Made by a program: the position numbers and the translations under genes. Below the pieces are notes generated by a model. The model saw only the letters and a program-made list of their open reading frames with translations. It was not told the DNA's origin and did not search any database. From the IMG/VR virus record IMGVR_UViG_3300028364_001588: DNA of 64,000 bases; one strand, written 5' to 3'. This document shows positions 39,462 to 48,864 of this stretch, piece after piece. The DNA is from a virus. Position 1 is the first letter of the stretch. Each line of letters opens with the position of its first letter.

Positions 39462-40283
39462 ATGAAAAACATTAGTTATAACTTCGGGGCAATTAGAGAT
39501 AGTATTGCAAGATTATCTTCAAAAGAATTGATGGAACAGAACAAAAGCTTAACGCTTGAAAGGTATGTTTCAAAAACTCAATTGAGCCCAGACCTAAAGA
39601 AACAACAATTAATCTACAAGAACATCCAGGAATGTAAACCATTTCCAAAGGAAAGATTAGCTGAAAGATTTCTTAATCAGAATCTGAGTATGTTTAAAAA
39701 TTCCAACTGGAATGACGTGATATTTGAAAACAAGCAGCTTAGATATGACCTACTTGGAGCTCCAGATGTAAGTCACGTTGGTGCAAACAATAATAACGAT
39801 AAATTATTTGAAGCAATAAACACTCTTATTGAGTCTGTAACAAATAGAGCTTTTTCTGATTTTGAATCAGAGGGTAAAGCTTATGAGTTCGTACTTGAAT
39901 ATCTTACAAGAGAAGTTTCTGAAGAAGAGGTTTCTGAAGAAAAAGATGACGCTCCAGCTTTAAAAGAAGCTTGGAAGTTTGTAACAAAACTTGCAGTAAA
40001 TAATTTCAATGAAAGATACGAGCATTTAAACGAATCTGAAAAAGAAGTTCTTGCCGTATTACTTTCTAACAACAAAGATAAAACTGACTTCTTTCAGAAC
40101 ATTAAAAAAGAAAGTATTCAATTGATTGATTCTTTGCTTGAAGAATCTGAAAAAGTTCATCACGATACTTTAATTGGTTTTAAAGAAAAAATGGAGAAAA
40201 TGGACAATGTTGCTCCAGGAATGATTGACGAGCATATTCTTGAGTGTATTAATTTGAGACAGGCATTAAATGAATTAAAATAA
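39462..40283 (+). CDS. Putative prohead core/head assembly protein (likely start 39462)
   Basis: TATTTAT at 39426; FNERYEHLNESEK; upstream of the head gene cluster. Confidence 0.55.
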   Translation: MKNISYNFGAIRDSIARLSSKELMEQNKSLTLERYVSKTQLSPDLKKQQLIYKNIQECKPFPKERLAERFLNQNLSMFKNSNWNDVIFENKQLRYDLLGAPDVSHVGANNNNDKLFEAINTLIESVTNRAFSDFESEGKAYEFVLEYLTREVSEEEVSEEKDDAPALKEAWKFVTKLAVNNFNERYEHLNESEKEVLAVLLSNNKDKTDFFQNIKKESIQLIDSLLEESEKVHHDTLIGFKEKMEKMDNVAPGMIDEHILECINLRQALNELK

Positions 40284-40398
40284 TTGTATAGCGATTATTT
40301 TTTAACTGTGCAAGAAAAAGTGAGATTAATTCTCACTTTTTTTGTTTTCGGCAATTTCTTTGTTTATATTTCTTTTATTAAGGGAAATAATTTAAAAC

Positions 40399-40914
40399 AT
40401 GGAAGTAAAGACAAAAAGAACAGCGAGAGAGATTAAGATTGGCAACGAACTGTTAGATAACAAAAATATAAATGTAAAGATTGGAACAGTTGAGAACAGA
40501 GAGGCTCCAGAGACAATTTACATATTTATTAGTTTTTGGGCAAAGCCAACGATAGAAATAGAGAATGAATCTCAAGATTTTCTTAAAGATATTTTAAACA
40601 AGAAACTTGGGGCGATATATAGGTCAAAACTAAAACCTTATCTAAGTGAAAATAAATACTTCACAAATGAGAAGGATAATATTTATATCAAAAACATACC
40701 TGAGAACATTAACTATAACAACAAGAGAAATTTTATTTCAGTAGAATTATATCTCCACACTCTAAACATACAAGATGGCAACAGCGTGCCGTTAAGCAAT
40801 AAAAAAAATACAGAGTTATTTGATGAGGCGCTAAGGGTTTCAAATATTATTGGCAACTCACCCTTACTGAGCGATGGTGATGAATTTAAGATATTCAAAA
40901 AATCAATGAACTAA
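40399..40914 (+). CDS. Hypothetical protein
   Basis: Clean ORF flanked by terminator hairpins. Confidence 0.55.
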   Translation: MEVKTKRTAREIKIGNELLDNKNINVKIGTVENREAPETIYIFISFWAKPTIEIENESQDFLKDILNKKLGAIYRSKLKPYLSENKYFTNEKDNIYIKNIPENINYNNKRNFISVELYLHTLNIQDGNSVPLSNKKNTELFDEALRVSNIIGNSPLLSDGDEFKIFKKSMN

Positions 40915-40973
40915 TTACAAAGCTTCCTTATTAAGGAGGCTTTTTTTTTGCTATTTATTAGAAACAATTAGCA

Positions 40974-42074
40974 ATGAACAAAAACGAAATACAAAAGTTA
41001 ATAGCAGAATCTCTATATGAATTAACTCATGAGGATGTTTCTCCAGAAGACCAGTCGATGGATACATCAGAATTCGAAGACTCTCTTGGGAGTGGAGAAG
41101 AAGATTATGAAGACGAAGACATTAACCTTGGATTAGAACCTATATCTATGTCATCAATTGACATTCCTATTCAAGATAAAGGAGTATTCAGTGCTATGGG
41201 TGGTAACGAACCTTATGATGATGAATTTTCTGACTTAAATGGTTATCAAGAATTTGGTGATGATTATGAAGGTAACTATCAAGATGACGTTTCTGTATCT
41301 CCAGGATATTTTAATGAAGAAGAAGTTCCAATGTCAGCAATTGACATGCCGATTAAAGATAAAGCTATTTTTAGCGCCATGGATGGAGACGATACTATGG
41401 ATGACATGTCTGACATTGCTAAATACAGAAGAGACAAAGGTGGTGACTACGAAGGTGGATTCCAGGATGATGTTTCTGTATCTCCAGGATACTACAACGA
41501 AAGCGAAGATGACATGGACCCAATTGCAATAGCTAAGACTAATGCATCATCAAACTACGACCCAACAGAAGATGCTATGGCATATGCTGGAGAACACTGG
41601 GGCTCACTATCTCCACAAGAAAAAGAAGAAATTTTTGCAGATATGGAAAATGATTTCGCAAGAAATATGGGTGAAGCAATTGAGTTTACTCCAGAAGAAC
41701 TTCAAAAAATAATTAGCGAAGGTGTAGAAAGATTACATAGAAAAACTCTTATTGAGAATAGGCTTAAACAAATCAACAACGAACTTAATTTAATGGCTGA
41801 CCCAGAAGCTTGGGAAAATGCTAAAATAGAAGCAAAGGCTCAACTTGCAAAAAAATCAATTGCTTGGAATAATATATCTACAAGAGAAGACCTTTTATCG
41901 GAAATGAGTTTTAGAGATATTAAAATGCCAGTTGCTAAACCAATAGATGTAGCTACAAACAAGGCTAAATCAAAGTGGGATAACATGCAGAAAGAATCGG
42001 TGTCTGATATTATGTCAAGAGCATCAGACCTAATGGCAGAAGCTAAAAAGAAATACAACGACATCTCAAAATAA
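40974..42074 (+). CDS. Acidic internal head protein with an internal ~60-aa duplication
   Basis: IQKLIAESLYE, LQKIISE; two MS.ID.PI.DK..FSAM...QDDVSVSPGY.NE units. Confidence 0.6.
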   Translation: MNKNEIQKLIAESLYELTHEDVSPEDQSMDTSEFEDSLGSGEEDYEDEDINLGLEPISMSSIDIPIQDKGVFSAMGGNEPYDDEFSDLNGYQEFGDDYEGNYQDDVSVSPGYFNEEEVPMSAIDMPIKDKAIFSAMDGDDTMDDMSDIAKYRRDKGGDYEGGFQDDVSVSPGYYNESEDDMDPIAIAKTNASSNYDPTEDAMAYAGEHWGSLSPQEKEEIFADMENDFARNMGEAIEFTPEELQKIISEGVERLHRKTLIENRLKQINNELNLMADPEAWENAKIEAKAQLAKKSIAWNNISTREDLLSEMSFRDIKMPVAKPIDVATNKAKSKWDNMQKESVSDIMSRASDLMAEAKKKYNDISK

Positions 42075-42178
42075 GGTGCTTTATAAATTTAGAAAACCCT
42101 GCAATGTAGGGTTTTTTTAGTTTACCACCTAAATTTCGAAAAAATCAAATATTTATAAGAGAACAACATTACAACATC

Positions 42179-42847
42179 ATGATAAAAGATAATGGAAAAT
42201 ATATAATCTCAGAATTCTATGAATTCAAGATTGAACCGAATTTAATTACGGAGTCTGAGAAAGCTGGAAAACCTCTTGTTATGACAGGGATTCTACAAAA
42301 AGCAGATACGCTTAATAGAAACGGTAGAGTTTATCCTTATGAGATTCTTAAAAGAGAAGCTGATAAGTATATGGAACTTGTTGAGAACAACACTGCAGGT
42401 GGGGAACTTGACCACCCAGACTCAGCAGTTGTATCTCTTGCTAATGTTTCACACAGAGTATCAGAAATGTGGTGGGACGGAAAAGACCTTTATGGTAAAG
42501 TTATTATTGCAGAAGAAACTCCTGCAGGTAAAATTCTTAGAGGACTTCTTAAATCTGGATTTATGTTAGGAATATCATCAAGAGGTGTTGGTTCTGTAAA
42601 ATCAGAAGGAGACCAAGATATTGTACAAGAAGATTTTGAATTAATTGCATTTGACTTTGTGTCATCTCCATCTACTCCAGGAGCTTACTTATTCAAAGAA
42701 GGAAAAGGATATGGAAATAGAGGTGCTGGTATGGTTCCTTTAGGTGAGAGCTCAGGTGTCATAACTACGATTGATGTTCAAGAGAAGGGTAATAATTATT
42801 CTAAATTAAATGAAATAGCAAATAGCGATTTCTGGAAAAATAAATAA
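42179..42847 (+). CDS. Prohead core protein protease (T4 gp21-like)
   Basis: NRNGRVYP, GELDHP, VSH, GISSRGVGS, FDFVSSPSTPGA. Confidence 0.95.
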   Translation: MIKDNGKYIISEFYEFKIEPNLITESEKAGKPLVMTGILQKADTLNRNGRVYPYEILKREADKYMELVENNTAGGELDHPDSAVVSLANVSHRVSEMWWDGKDLYGKVIIAEETPAGKILRGLLKSGFMLGISSRGVGSVKSEGDQDIVQEDFELIAFDFVSSPSTPGAYLFKEGKGYGNRGAGMVPLGESSGVITTIDVQEKGNNYSKLNEIANSDFWKNK

Positions 42848-42923
42848 AAAGATTAACGAGATTTAGATTTTACAAAATTTGTAAATATTTATTAGAAATC
42901 AACAGTCATAAAATAAACACAAC

Positions 42924-44285
42924 ATGAGCGACAAGATTAACAAATCATCATTACAAGAAGCGAAAGCAAATTTTGAAGAGATTCGAAAGTTTGCACTTGA
43001 AGAAGCTACAAAAGGTCTTGAAGAAGAAGTTAGCGCAAAAGTTATTGAACTTATGAATAAATCAATCGAAAGCGATTTAGTCAAAGAAGGTGTTACAATT
43101 AATGCTGACGGAACTACAATAACAATTGACGATTCAGGAGATGTTACAGTAGATGCAGATGTTGATGGTATTGAAGGTGGGGATATGGAAATTGAACCAG
43201 CTGGAGAACCAATAGGAATGGATTCAGAAATGGATTCAGATATTGATTCAGAAATAGTAGTTTCTGATGAAGATGATGAAATTGAAATTGATAACTCAGA
43301 AATAGACGAAATGAACAACTTAGACGAAATGAGCTTTGAAGAACAAGAGATGGCTGCGGCTGCTCCTGCTCCTGAAGCTGCACCTGTTGCACCAGAAGCT
43401 GCTCCAGTAGAGGAGATGCCAATGGATATGCCAGCAGAAGAAATGCCAGCAGAAGATGCTATGGCAAACCCATTTGAAATGTTAGCAGGAAAATTGGACC
43501 AACTTATGTCTATGATGGGCGGAGACGCTGGGGCTGGAGGAGATGAAATTGAAATCATTGATGACGCTGGAATGGAAGCTGCACCTGCGGCTGCACCTGC
43601 TGCGCCAGAAGCTGCACCTGTTGCTGAAGAAATTACTTTTGAAGTGGTAAACAACGAAATGGAAATGCCAGAAATGGACATGGGAGACGATGTTCTTGAA
43701 ATCGTTGGAGAAATGGATGAAGAACCTATTGAAGAAGTTAAGATGATGGGAGTTGGACATACTGTTCAAAGAAGTACTGGAACGAGTGCTGGACCTGAAT
43801 CTGCAAAGAAAAGAGAAAGAATTGCTGAAAGCAATAAAAAAGATATAGCTCAACATGAGGCAAAATTTGCCGAGCTCATTAAGGAAAACGAGGGTTTAAA
43901 ATCGGAGAAAGAAGAATTAGAAGGAAGACTTATTAAGTTTGAAAACGGATTCGTAAAGCTCCAAGAGAATTTTGGTCAAATGCAAGATTACAACGCTAAG
44001 TTGGTAATGGCATACAAAGTTGCAATGTCTGGTGGACTTACAACTGACGAAAAAGTTCAAATCTCTGAGCAGTTCGACAAGTGCGATACTGTAGAAGATG
44101 CTGAAAAACTTTATAAGTCAATTGTGAATGAACACAAAATCAAGGTGAATAAAAACCCTGAGAAAAGCATTAAAAGCAACACTGTAAAAGCAGTACACGC
44201 TAAGAGCGAATCTAAGCCACTATACGAAAGTAGAGAGGTTTCAAGAATGAAGCAACTTGCAGGTATCAAAAACTTAAACGGATAA
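42924..44285 (+). CDS. Prohead scaffold protein (T4 gp22-like)
   Basis: Acidic coiled-coil protein between protease and capsid genes; NAKL..., RMKQLAGI. Confidence 0.8.
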   Translation: MSDKINKSSLQEAKANFEEIRKFALEEATKGLEEEVSAKVIELMNKSIESDLVKEGVTINADGTTITIDDSGDVTVDADVDGIEGGDMEIEPAGEPIGMDSEMDSDIDSEIVVSDEDDEIEIDNSEIDEMNNLDEMSFEEQEMAAAAPAPEAAPVAPEAAPVEEMPMDMPAEEMPAEDAMANPFEMLAGKLDQLMSMMGGDAGAGGDEIEIIDDAGMEAAPAAAPAAPEAAPVAEEITFEVVNNEMEMPEMDMGDDVLEIVGEMDEEPIEEVKMMGVGHTVQRSTGTSAGPESAKKRERIAESNKKDIAQHEAKFAELIKENEGLKSEKEELEGRLIKFENGFVKLQENFGQMQDYNAKLVMAYKVAMSGGLTTDEKVQISEQFDKCDTVEDAEKLYKSIVNEHKIKVNKNPEKSIKSNTVKAVHAKSESKPLYESREVSRMKQLAGIKNLNG

Positions 44286-44344
44286 AAATTATATGTTTTT
44301 CGCAAGAAAAAGTGAATAAAATTTAAAAACACTTTTTTTAAACA

Positions 44345-44351
44345 TATTTAT
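44345..44351 (+). promoter_or_regulatory. Late promoter motif TATTTAT upstream of the major capsid gene (one of more than 20 copies)
   Basis: Same sense-strand motif ~5-65 nt before the starts at 30456, 33746, 39462, 40974, 42179, 42924, 48559, 51055, 51818, 56576, 57105, 63561 and minus-strand starts at 5013, 32808, 48473, 61652. Confidence 0.75.
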
Positions 44352-44376
44352 TATTAACAAATTAAAAACTTAAAAA

Positions 44377-46056
44377 ATGAGCGAATTATTGAACAGTGGT
44401 AAAGTTGGACTTACAGTCTTCAAAAACTTAGCTGAACAAAGAAAGGCGATTGTAACAAGTTGGTCTGATTCAGGACTTCTTGACGAAGGGTACGATGTAA
44501 ATGGTGCTCCAATCAGAATGAAAGGAATCAAAGCTGCAAACGTAGCACAACTTTTAGAAAATCAAGCTGCAGCAATGTTGAACGAGGTAACTCTTGATTC
44601 ATCTGCAGGTAGATTCGATACTGTTGCATTCCCAATCGTAAGAAGAGTATTCTCAAGATTACTTGCTAACGAAATTGTTTCTGTACAGCCTTTGGCATTA
44701 CCATCAGGATTATTATTTTACATGGATGCGAGAGTATCATATGCTGGACAAGATACAGCATTTAACGCAAACCCTCCAGGTATCACAAACGGAACAGGAC
44801 AACGTGACATCGTTGCGCCTCAAAACACAGCTAACGGACAAGCAGGTCCAGTTTTTGCTGACACTACAGCTTACGAGCGTTTTTACAACAACCAAGGTTT
44901 TGATATGTCTTTCGGGACAGGAGAGACAGTTATCGGTGGTGCTGCAGCTTCTGCAGCAACTGCATGGGTTGGTGGACTTAACAATATGGTTTTCAACTTA
45001 GGTGTTGGATTCGATACTTCTAAGCAACAATCTTCTGCAACACTTAGATTTACAGCAGCTACTGATGTATATCTTTCAGGTGCAGCAGGAAACACGTTAC
45101 TTATAGCAGCAGGTGGAACTATTCCATTCTACTCTTCAGTACAAACGTGGGCAGAAGACCAATACCAAGACGGTTTTGCAAGAGTAATTCTTGACCTTAG
45201 ACCAGCTGGTGTATATGGGAATGATTTTGATGCTAACCTTCTTAATGATGGTGCAGGTAACTTCGGTGCTGCGTACTCTCTTCAAGCTGGAGCGCTTTAC
45301 GAAATCTTTAACGATTTAGAGGCTAAGTCAGAAATGGCTGAACTTACAATCAGATTCTCATCTGTAACTGTAAACACTGTAACAAGAAAACTTAGAGCAC
45401 ACTGGACTCCAGAACTTGCTCAAGACCTTGAAGCATACCACTCAATTGATGCTGAGGCTGAGCTTACTGCTCTTCTTTCTGAGCACGTTGCAGCGGAAAT
45501 TGATAGAGAAATCATCATCGACCTTATTAATGGTGCGCCATTCAGAGCAAGATGGGATTACAACGGACTTTCATCTAATGCGAACTTCTTCGGAACTCAA
45601 AAAGATTGGAACCAAACTCTTATCACAAGAATTAACGAGCTTTCAGCTCAAATTCACAAAGCAACACTTAGAGGTGGAGCGAACTGGATTGTATGTTCTG
45701 CTGAGGCAGGAGCAATCTTTGATGACTTAGAATACTTCCACGTTGACGGTAGCGCAGCTCCAGAAAGCGAAAAGTATAACTTAGGAGTTGAGAAAATTGG
45801 TAACTTAGGTTCAAGATACGTAGTATACAAAGACCCTTATCTTCCAGCTAATATCGTACTTCTTGGACACAAAGGGAACACGTTCCTTGAGGCTGGGTAC
45901 ATCTACGCACCATACATCCCTCTTCAGTTGACACAAACTATCACTGACCCTAACGACTTCACACCTCGTAAAGGAATCATGACTCGTTATGCGAAGAAGA
46001 TGGTTAACAACAGATTCTACGGAGTTGTATACATTGATAACATTAACACTTACTAA
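44377..46056 (+). CDS. Major capsid protein (T4 gp23-like)
   Basis: LLENQ, FPIVRRVF, VSVQP..LPSGL, TRKLRA.WT.ELAQDL.AYH, EIDREI, YAPYIPL, FTPRKGIMTRY. Confidence 0.97.
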   Translation: MSELLNSGKVGLTVFKNLAEQRKAIVTSWSDSGLLDEGYDVNGAPIRMKGIKAANVAQLLENQAAAMLNEVTLDSSAGRFDTVAFPIVRRVFSRLLANEIVSVQPLALPSGLLFYMDARVSYAGQDTAFNANPPGITNGTGQRDIVAPQNTANGQAGPVFADTTAYERFYNNQGFDMSFGTGETVIGGAAASAATAWVGGLNNMVFNLGVGFDTSKQQSSATLRFTAATDVYLSGAAGNTLLIAAGGTIPFYSSVQTWAEDQYQDGFARVILDLRPAGVYGNDFDANLLNDGAGNFGAAYSLQAGALYEIFNDLEAKSEMAELTIRFSSVTVNTVTRKLRAHWTPELAQDLEAYHSIDAEAELTALLSEHVAAEIDREIIIDLINGAPFRARWDYNGLSSNANFFGTQKDWNQTLITRINELSAQIHKATLRGGANWIVCSAEAGAIFDDLEYFHVDGSAAPESEKYNLGVEKIGNLGSRYVVYKDPYLPANIVLLGHKGNTFLEAGYIYAPYIPLQLTQTITDPNDFTPRKGIMTRYAKKMVNNRFYGVVYIDNINTY

Positions 46057-46095
46057 GCCGAAAGGATTAGAAAGGTTTATCATAAACTAAAAATT

Positions 46096-46126
46096 AGAGA
46101 GATTCGAAAGAGTCTCTCTTTTTTTT
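46096..46126 (+). terminator. Terminator after the major capsid gene
   Basis: AGAGAGATTC-GAAA-GAGTCTCTCT followed by a T-run. Confidence 0.85.
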
Positions 46127-46252
46127 GCCTTAAACTTTCGCACATTAAAAACGTGCTATAACAGTTGCTAAACACAACTTCGCAGATGTTTAGCTTTGTG
46201 TTGTAGTGCATTGAAACGACACTACAACACGCTATATAAGTAATAAAAAATA

Positions 46253-46453
46253 CTACTTCTGTGCTTTTTTAAGGGCATATTTCTTTTCCCAAGCCGTTCG
46301 CTCAAAATCTAAGTATTCAATTAAATAGTCTAATGTTTTTAGTTTATCCCATTTTTTTAATTCATCTTCTGTGTAGTCGCTCTCTATTTCACAACTACAG
46401 TCATTAGATACTTCTTCTATGAAGTTTTGTATTTTATCAATGTCAAATTCCAT
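46253..46453 (-). CDS. Hypothetical 66-aa protein inside the loop of site B
   Basis: ORF enclosed by inverted arms 46231-46253 and 46481-46503. Confidence 0.55.
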   Translation of the reverse strand: MEFDIDKIQNFIEEVSNDCSCEIESDYTEDELKKWDKLKTLDYLIEYLDFERTAWEKKYALKKAQK

Positions 46454-46509
46454 ATTTATTTATTTAGTGTTAATTTTTCCGTATTTTTTACTACTCATAT
46501 AGCTATCCG

Positions 46510-46782
46510 TTAATAATTTTTTTGCCTTTTAAAATCAGACCATAAAATAACTATTGTTGCTACAATTAACAGTCCTGCACTTATTAAATGTATCGGTACA
46601 GTAAAAGGCAAAAGTGAAAACCCAAAACAATGATGTAGGTACAAACTAAATGCTGTTATTACCCAAGTTATCATTTGTGGTATTATTATAATCGCTCTGT
46701 GTTTTGGCTTATCTAAATAACTAACAACAACATTTGGTATAGTGCATTGCTCTGTTTCTGTTTTTTTATTGTCTGTATTCAT
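46510..46782 (-). CDS. Cassette-like two-TM membrane protein
   Basis: Two hydrophobic helices; N-terminal EQCTIPNVVVS is encoded by the repeat arm; the stop TAA overlaps the TAAC core. Confidence 0.6.
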   Translation of the reverse strand: MNTDNKKTETEQCTIPNVVVSYLDKPKHRAIIIIPQMITWVITAFSLYLHHCFGFSLLPFTVPIHLISAGLLIVATIVILWSDFKRQKNY

Positions 46783-46902
46783 AATTCAAAGTTTTTATAT
46801 TATTTATGTGCCAACGAAGTTCGTCTGCGATTCCATAATGCTCATCTGCACCATCATCTTTAATACATCTAACTTTAATTCCTATTCTCGCTACTTCCAT
46901 AA

Positions 46903-47193
46903 TTAATCAGTTAATGTGCCACACTCCTTAGAAAGTTTCAGAAATTTCTCAATCTTCAACTTCTTCTTTTCAATGGCGGTTCGGTCCAAAATTTTTTTTA
47001 TGTGTCCTTCATCTAACAAAATCTCCATCATTGCAAAAATGTCATTAAATTCATAAACGATTCTTTCTGAGTTAGTTAGCTCTTGACCAGGTTGTACTTC
47101 CTGAAGACTGAAACGTAAAGCTTTGGATGCTCTAACCGCTGTTTCACAACATTCTTCCTCAAGAATTTTTAACAAATGTTCTTGTCTATTCAT
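46903..47193 (-). CDS. MazG-like nucleotide pyrophosphohydrolase
   Basis: EECCE...SKALRF...EFND acidic motif; TAGCTTTG promoter element directly upstream. Confidence 0.65.
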   Translation of the reverse strand: MNRQEHLLKILEEECCETAVRASKALRFSLQEVQPGQELTNSERIVYEFNDIFAMMEILLDEGHIKKILDRTAIEKKKLKIEKFLKLSKECGTLTD

Positions 47194-47213
47194 ATTGCAA
47201 AGCTATAGAAATT

Positions 47214-47816
47214 TTATGATTCGTACAACTCGTAGAAACGATTTAAGAATAATTCCTCTGCCTCCAGTGGAGAAATCTGAGGAATAAAACAGTTAGAAAT
47301 TTTCTCTTTACGTAAAAATTTTCTGGCATCCCTAAGTGAGATTTCTTTTTCAAATGAGCATGCTGCTATTTCGTCACAATTAATAACTACTGCAACAAGT
47401 TCTTTTCTAAGTATATGATTATCAACATCATGTACACGTTGAGAAAAAGGGAACTCCAGTCTAAATTTTTCGAAAATTATCTTCTGAATCTTATCTTCCT
47501 CCAGTCTGTAGTGTTCGAATTCTGGCCTGTGCTTAATTGGTCGGACCAAATCATTCACAAATGCTTCAGATGCATCGTGGAGTAAAAAAGCTAACTGTTC
47601 TTCTTTTGTCCCTTCTTCAAGAGAGCATAAATAAGAATGTAAAGCTACTGAATAATGAAAGAGGCAATGTCCTCCATATCTACATAGATTTGATAATGCA
47701 TGAGCAATATCTTCAATATCAATGTCATCATGACTAAGGTTAAAAATATCAACCTCTTTACCAGAGTAGAGAGTCATTGTCATTGGTTTAATGATACTTT
47801 TATTTCGTACTTCCAT
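47214..47816 (-). CDS. HD-domain 5'-deoxynucleotidase (YfbR/YfdR-like)
   Basis: DIAHALS..CRY.GH...YSVA.HS, LLHDASEA...D...PIK; TAACTTTG promoter element upstream. Confidence 0.85.
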   Translation of the reverse strand: MEVRNKSIIKPMTMTLYSGKEVDIFNLSHDDIDIEDIAHALSNLCRYGGHCLFHYSVALHSYLCSLEEGTKEEQLAFLLHDASEAFVNDLVRPIKHRPEFEHYRLEEDKIQKIIFEKFRLEFPFSQRVHDVDNHILRKELVAVVINCDEIAACSFEKEISLRDARKFLRKEKISNCFIPQISPLEAEELFLNRFYELYES

Positions 47817-47861
47817 AAACTATAAGTTTTGGTGTACTGGCAAAGTTAAGTAAAATATCCT

Positions 47862-48473
47862 TTACGACAAAATCTTTCTTAATTCCTCCTTGATTATAGA
47901 CCTAATTTCATTAAGGCTTTTATGAGACATATAGTATCTTAAAGCTTGTGGTTTAAGAGCTGGTATCTCATCTGGATTCGGAGCAAACCCAAGCCTGCTA
48001 ATAGTGTTTAAATATTGAATTTGGTCGTCAGCATCCAGATAAACAAGTTCTTCTGGAGTAAAAGTTGTATCAATAGAATATTTAATCTTTTCTTTTACAT
48101 AAAAATGCCTTAATTCATCATTTGCAAGTAAATTAAATTCATCTGGTTTAAGTTGAATACCAGTTGATATAGTATTGATAATAAATTTCTTTTGCAATTT
48201 TTCTGGAAGTCTCTTAAGGTCTGCTTTTTGTAAAAATCTTTTTTTAACTATGTAAATTTCCTTTTCTTTATCTGGCATAGCATTAAATTCATAATCCTCC
48301 AGCCAATCAGAAGTTCTAACACGATTATAAAAATATGCACTTCTATTATTTGGGACCAGGTATTTTATTTCCTCTTCAGAAAGTTTTGTATTTTTAATCA
48401 CAAGGTCGTTTACAAAAGCAATTTTTTGCTCTGTAGTCATGTTCTCAAATCTATCTCTTTCGAAGTTAATCAT
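47862..48473 (-). CDS. Hypothetical helical-repeat protein with C-terminal head-targeting-like motif
   Basis: LNEIRSIIKEELRKILS; TATTTAT at 48495-48501. Confidence 0.5.
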   Translation of the reverse strand: MINFERDRFENMTTEQKIAFVNDLVIKNTKLSEEEIKYLVPNNRSAYFYNRVRTSDWLEDYEFNAMPDKEKEIYIVKKRFLQKADLKRLPEKLQKKFIINTISTGIQLKPDEFNLLANDELRHFYVKEKIKYSIDTTFTPEELVYLDADDQIQYLNTISRLGFAPNPDEIPALKPQALRYYMSHKSLNEIRSIIKEELRKILS

Positions 48474-48558
48474 AAAATTATAAGTTTCTCCCCTATAAAT
48501 AGTCTAAAACAAATAGGAATCAAAATTTCTCAGCCTATTTATAATAAAAATTATAATT

Positions 48559-48843
48559 ATGGCTTTTCACAATATAAATTGGACAGCAGTCCCTTTACCA
48601 GCAGGAACTTATACACTTAACGACCTTGGTAATGGATTGACTGGTTCTACAGTACATCAAGTTTTCTGCACCACTTCAGGTTCAGTAACAATAACTGCTA
48701 TGGGTGGTGGTGAATTTACATGGGCAGCAACAGCTGGTCAAAAAGTAGATGTAGTCGCTTCTAAGATAGTGGTAGCTGGTGGTTCTTTTGTAGGCTTTAA
48801 AGCAGCTTATCAACCAAACTACAGACAGCAAATAGGTAGATAA
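48559..48843 (+). CDS. Small virion structural protein
   Basis: TATTTAT at 48536; Gly/Thr beta-rich. Confidence 0.55.
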   Translation: MAFHNINWTAVPLPAGTYTLNDLGNGLTGSTVHQVFCTTSGSVTITAMGGGEFTWAATAGQKVDVVASKIVVAGGSFVGFKAAYQPNYRQQIGR

Positions 48844-48864
48844 TAATTAATAAAAATTTAGAAC

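Larger units (their letters stand above)
46153..46816 (-). repeat. Array of attC-like inverted-repeat sites (cassette-like)
   Basis: Site A 46153-46209; site B 46220-46517 with 23-bp arms around an ORF; partial site C 46719-46816; GTT/AAC cores. Confidence 0.6.

Noticed and set aside
42899-43856. Long antisense ORFs over the scaffold gene (also 31131-31575 and 2546-3052)
   Set aside because: Shadow frames of low-complexity, codon-biased genes with no recognisable motifs.
46903-47816. MazZ/DatZ pair of a 2-aminoadenine (Z) genome
   Set aside because: No purZ in the window, and the HD protein has the common YfbR/YfdR-type motifs. Cannot be excluded without the rest of the genome.
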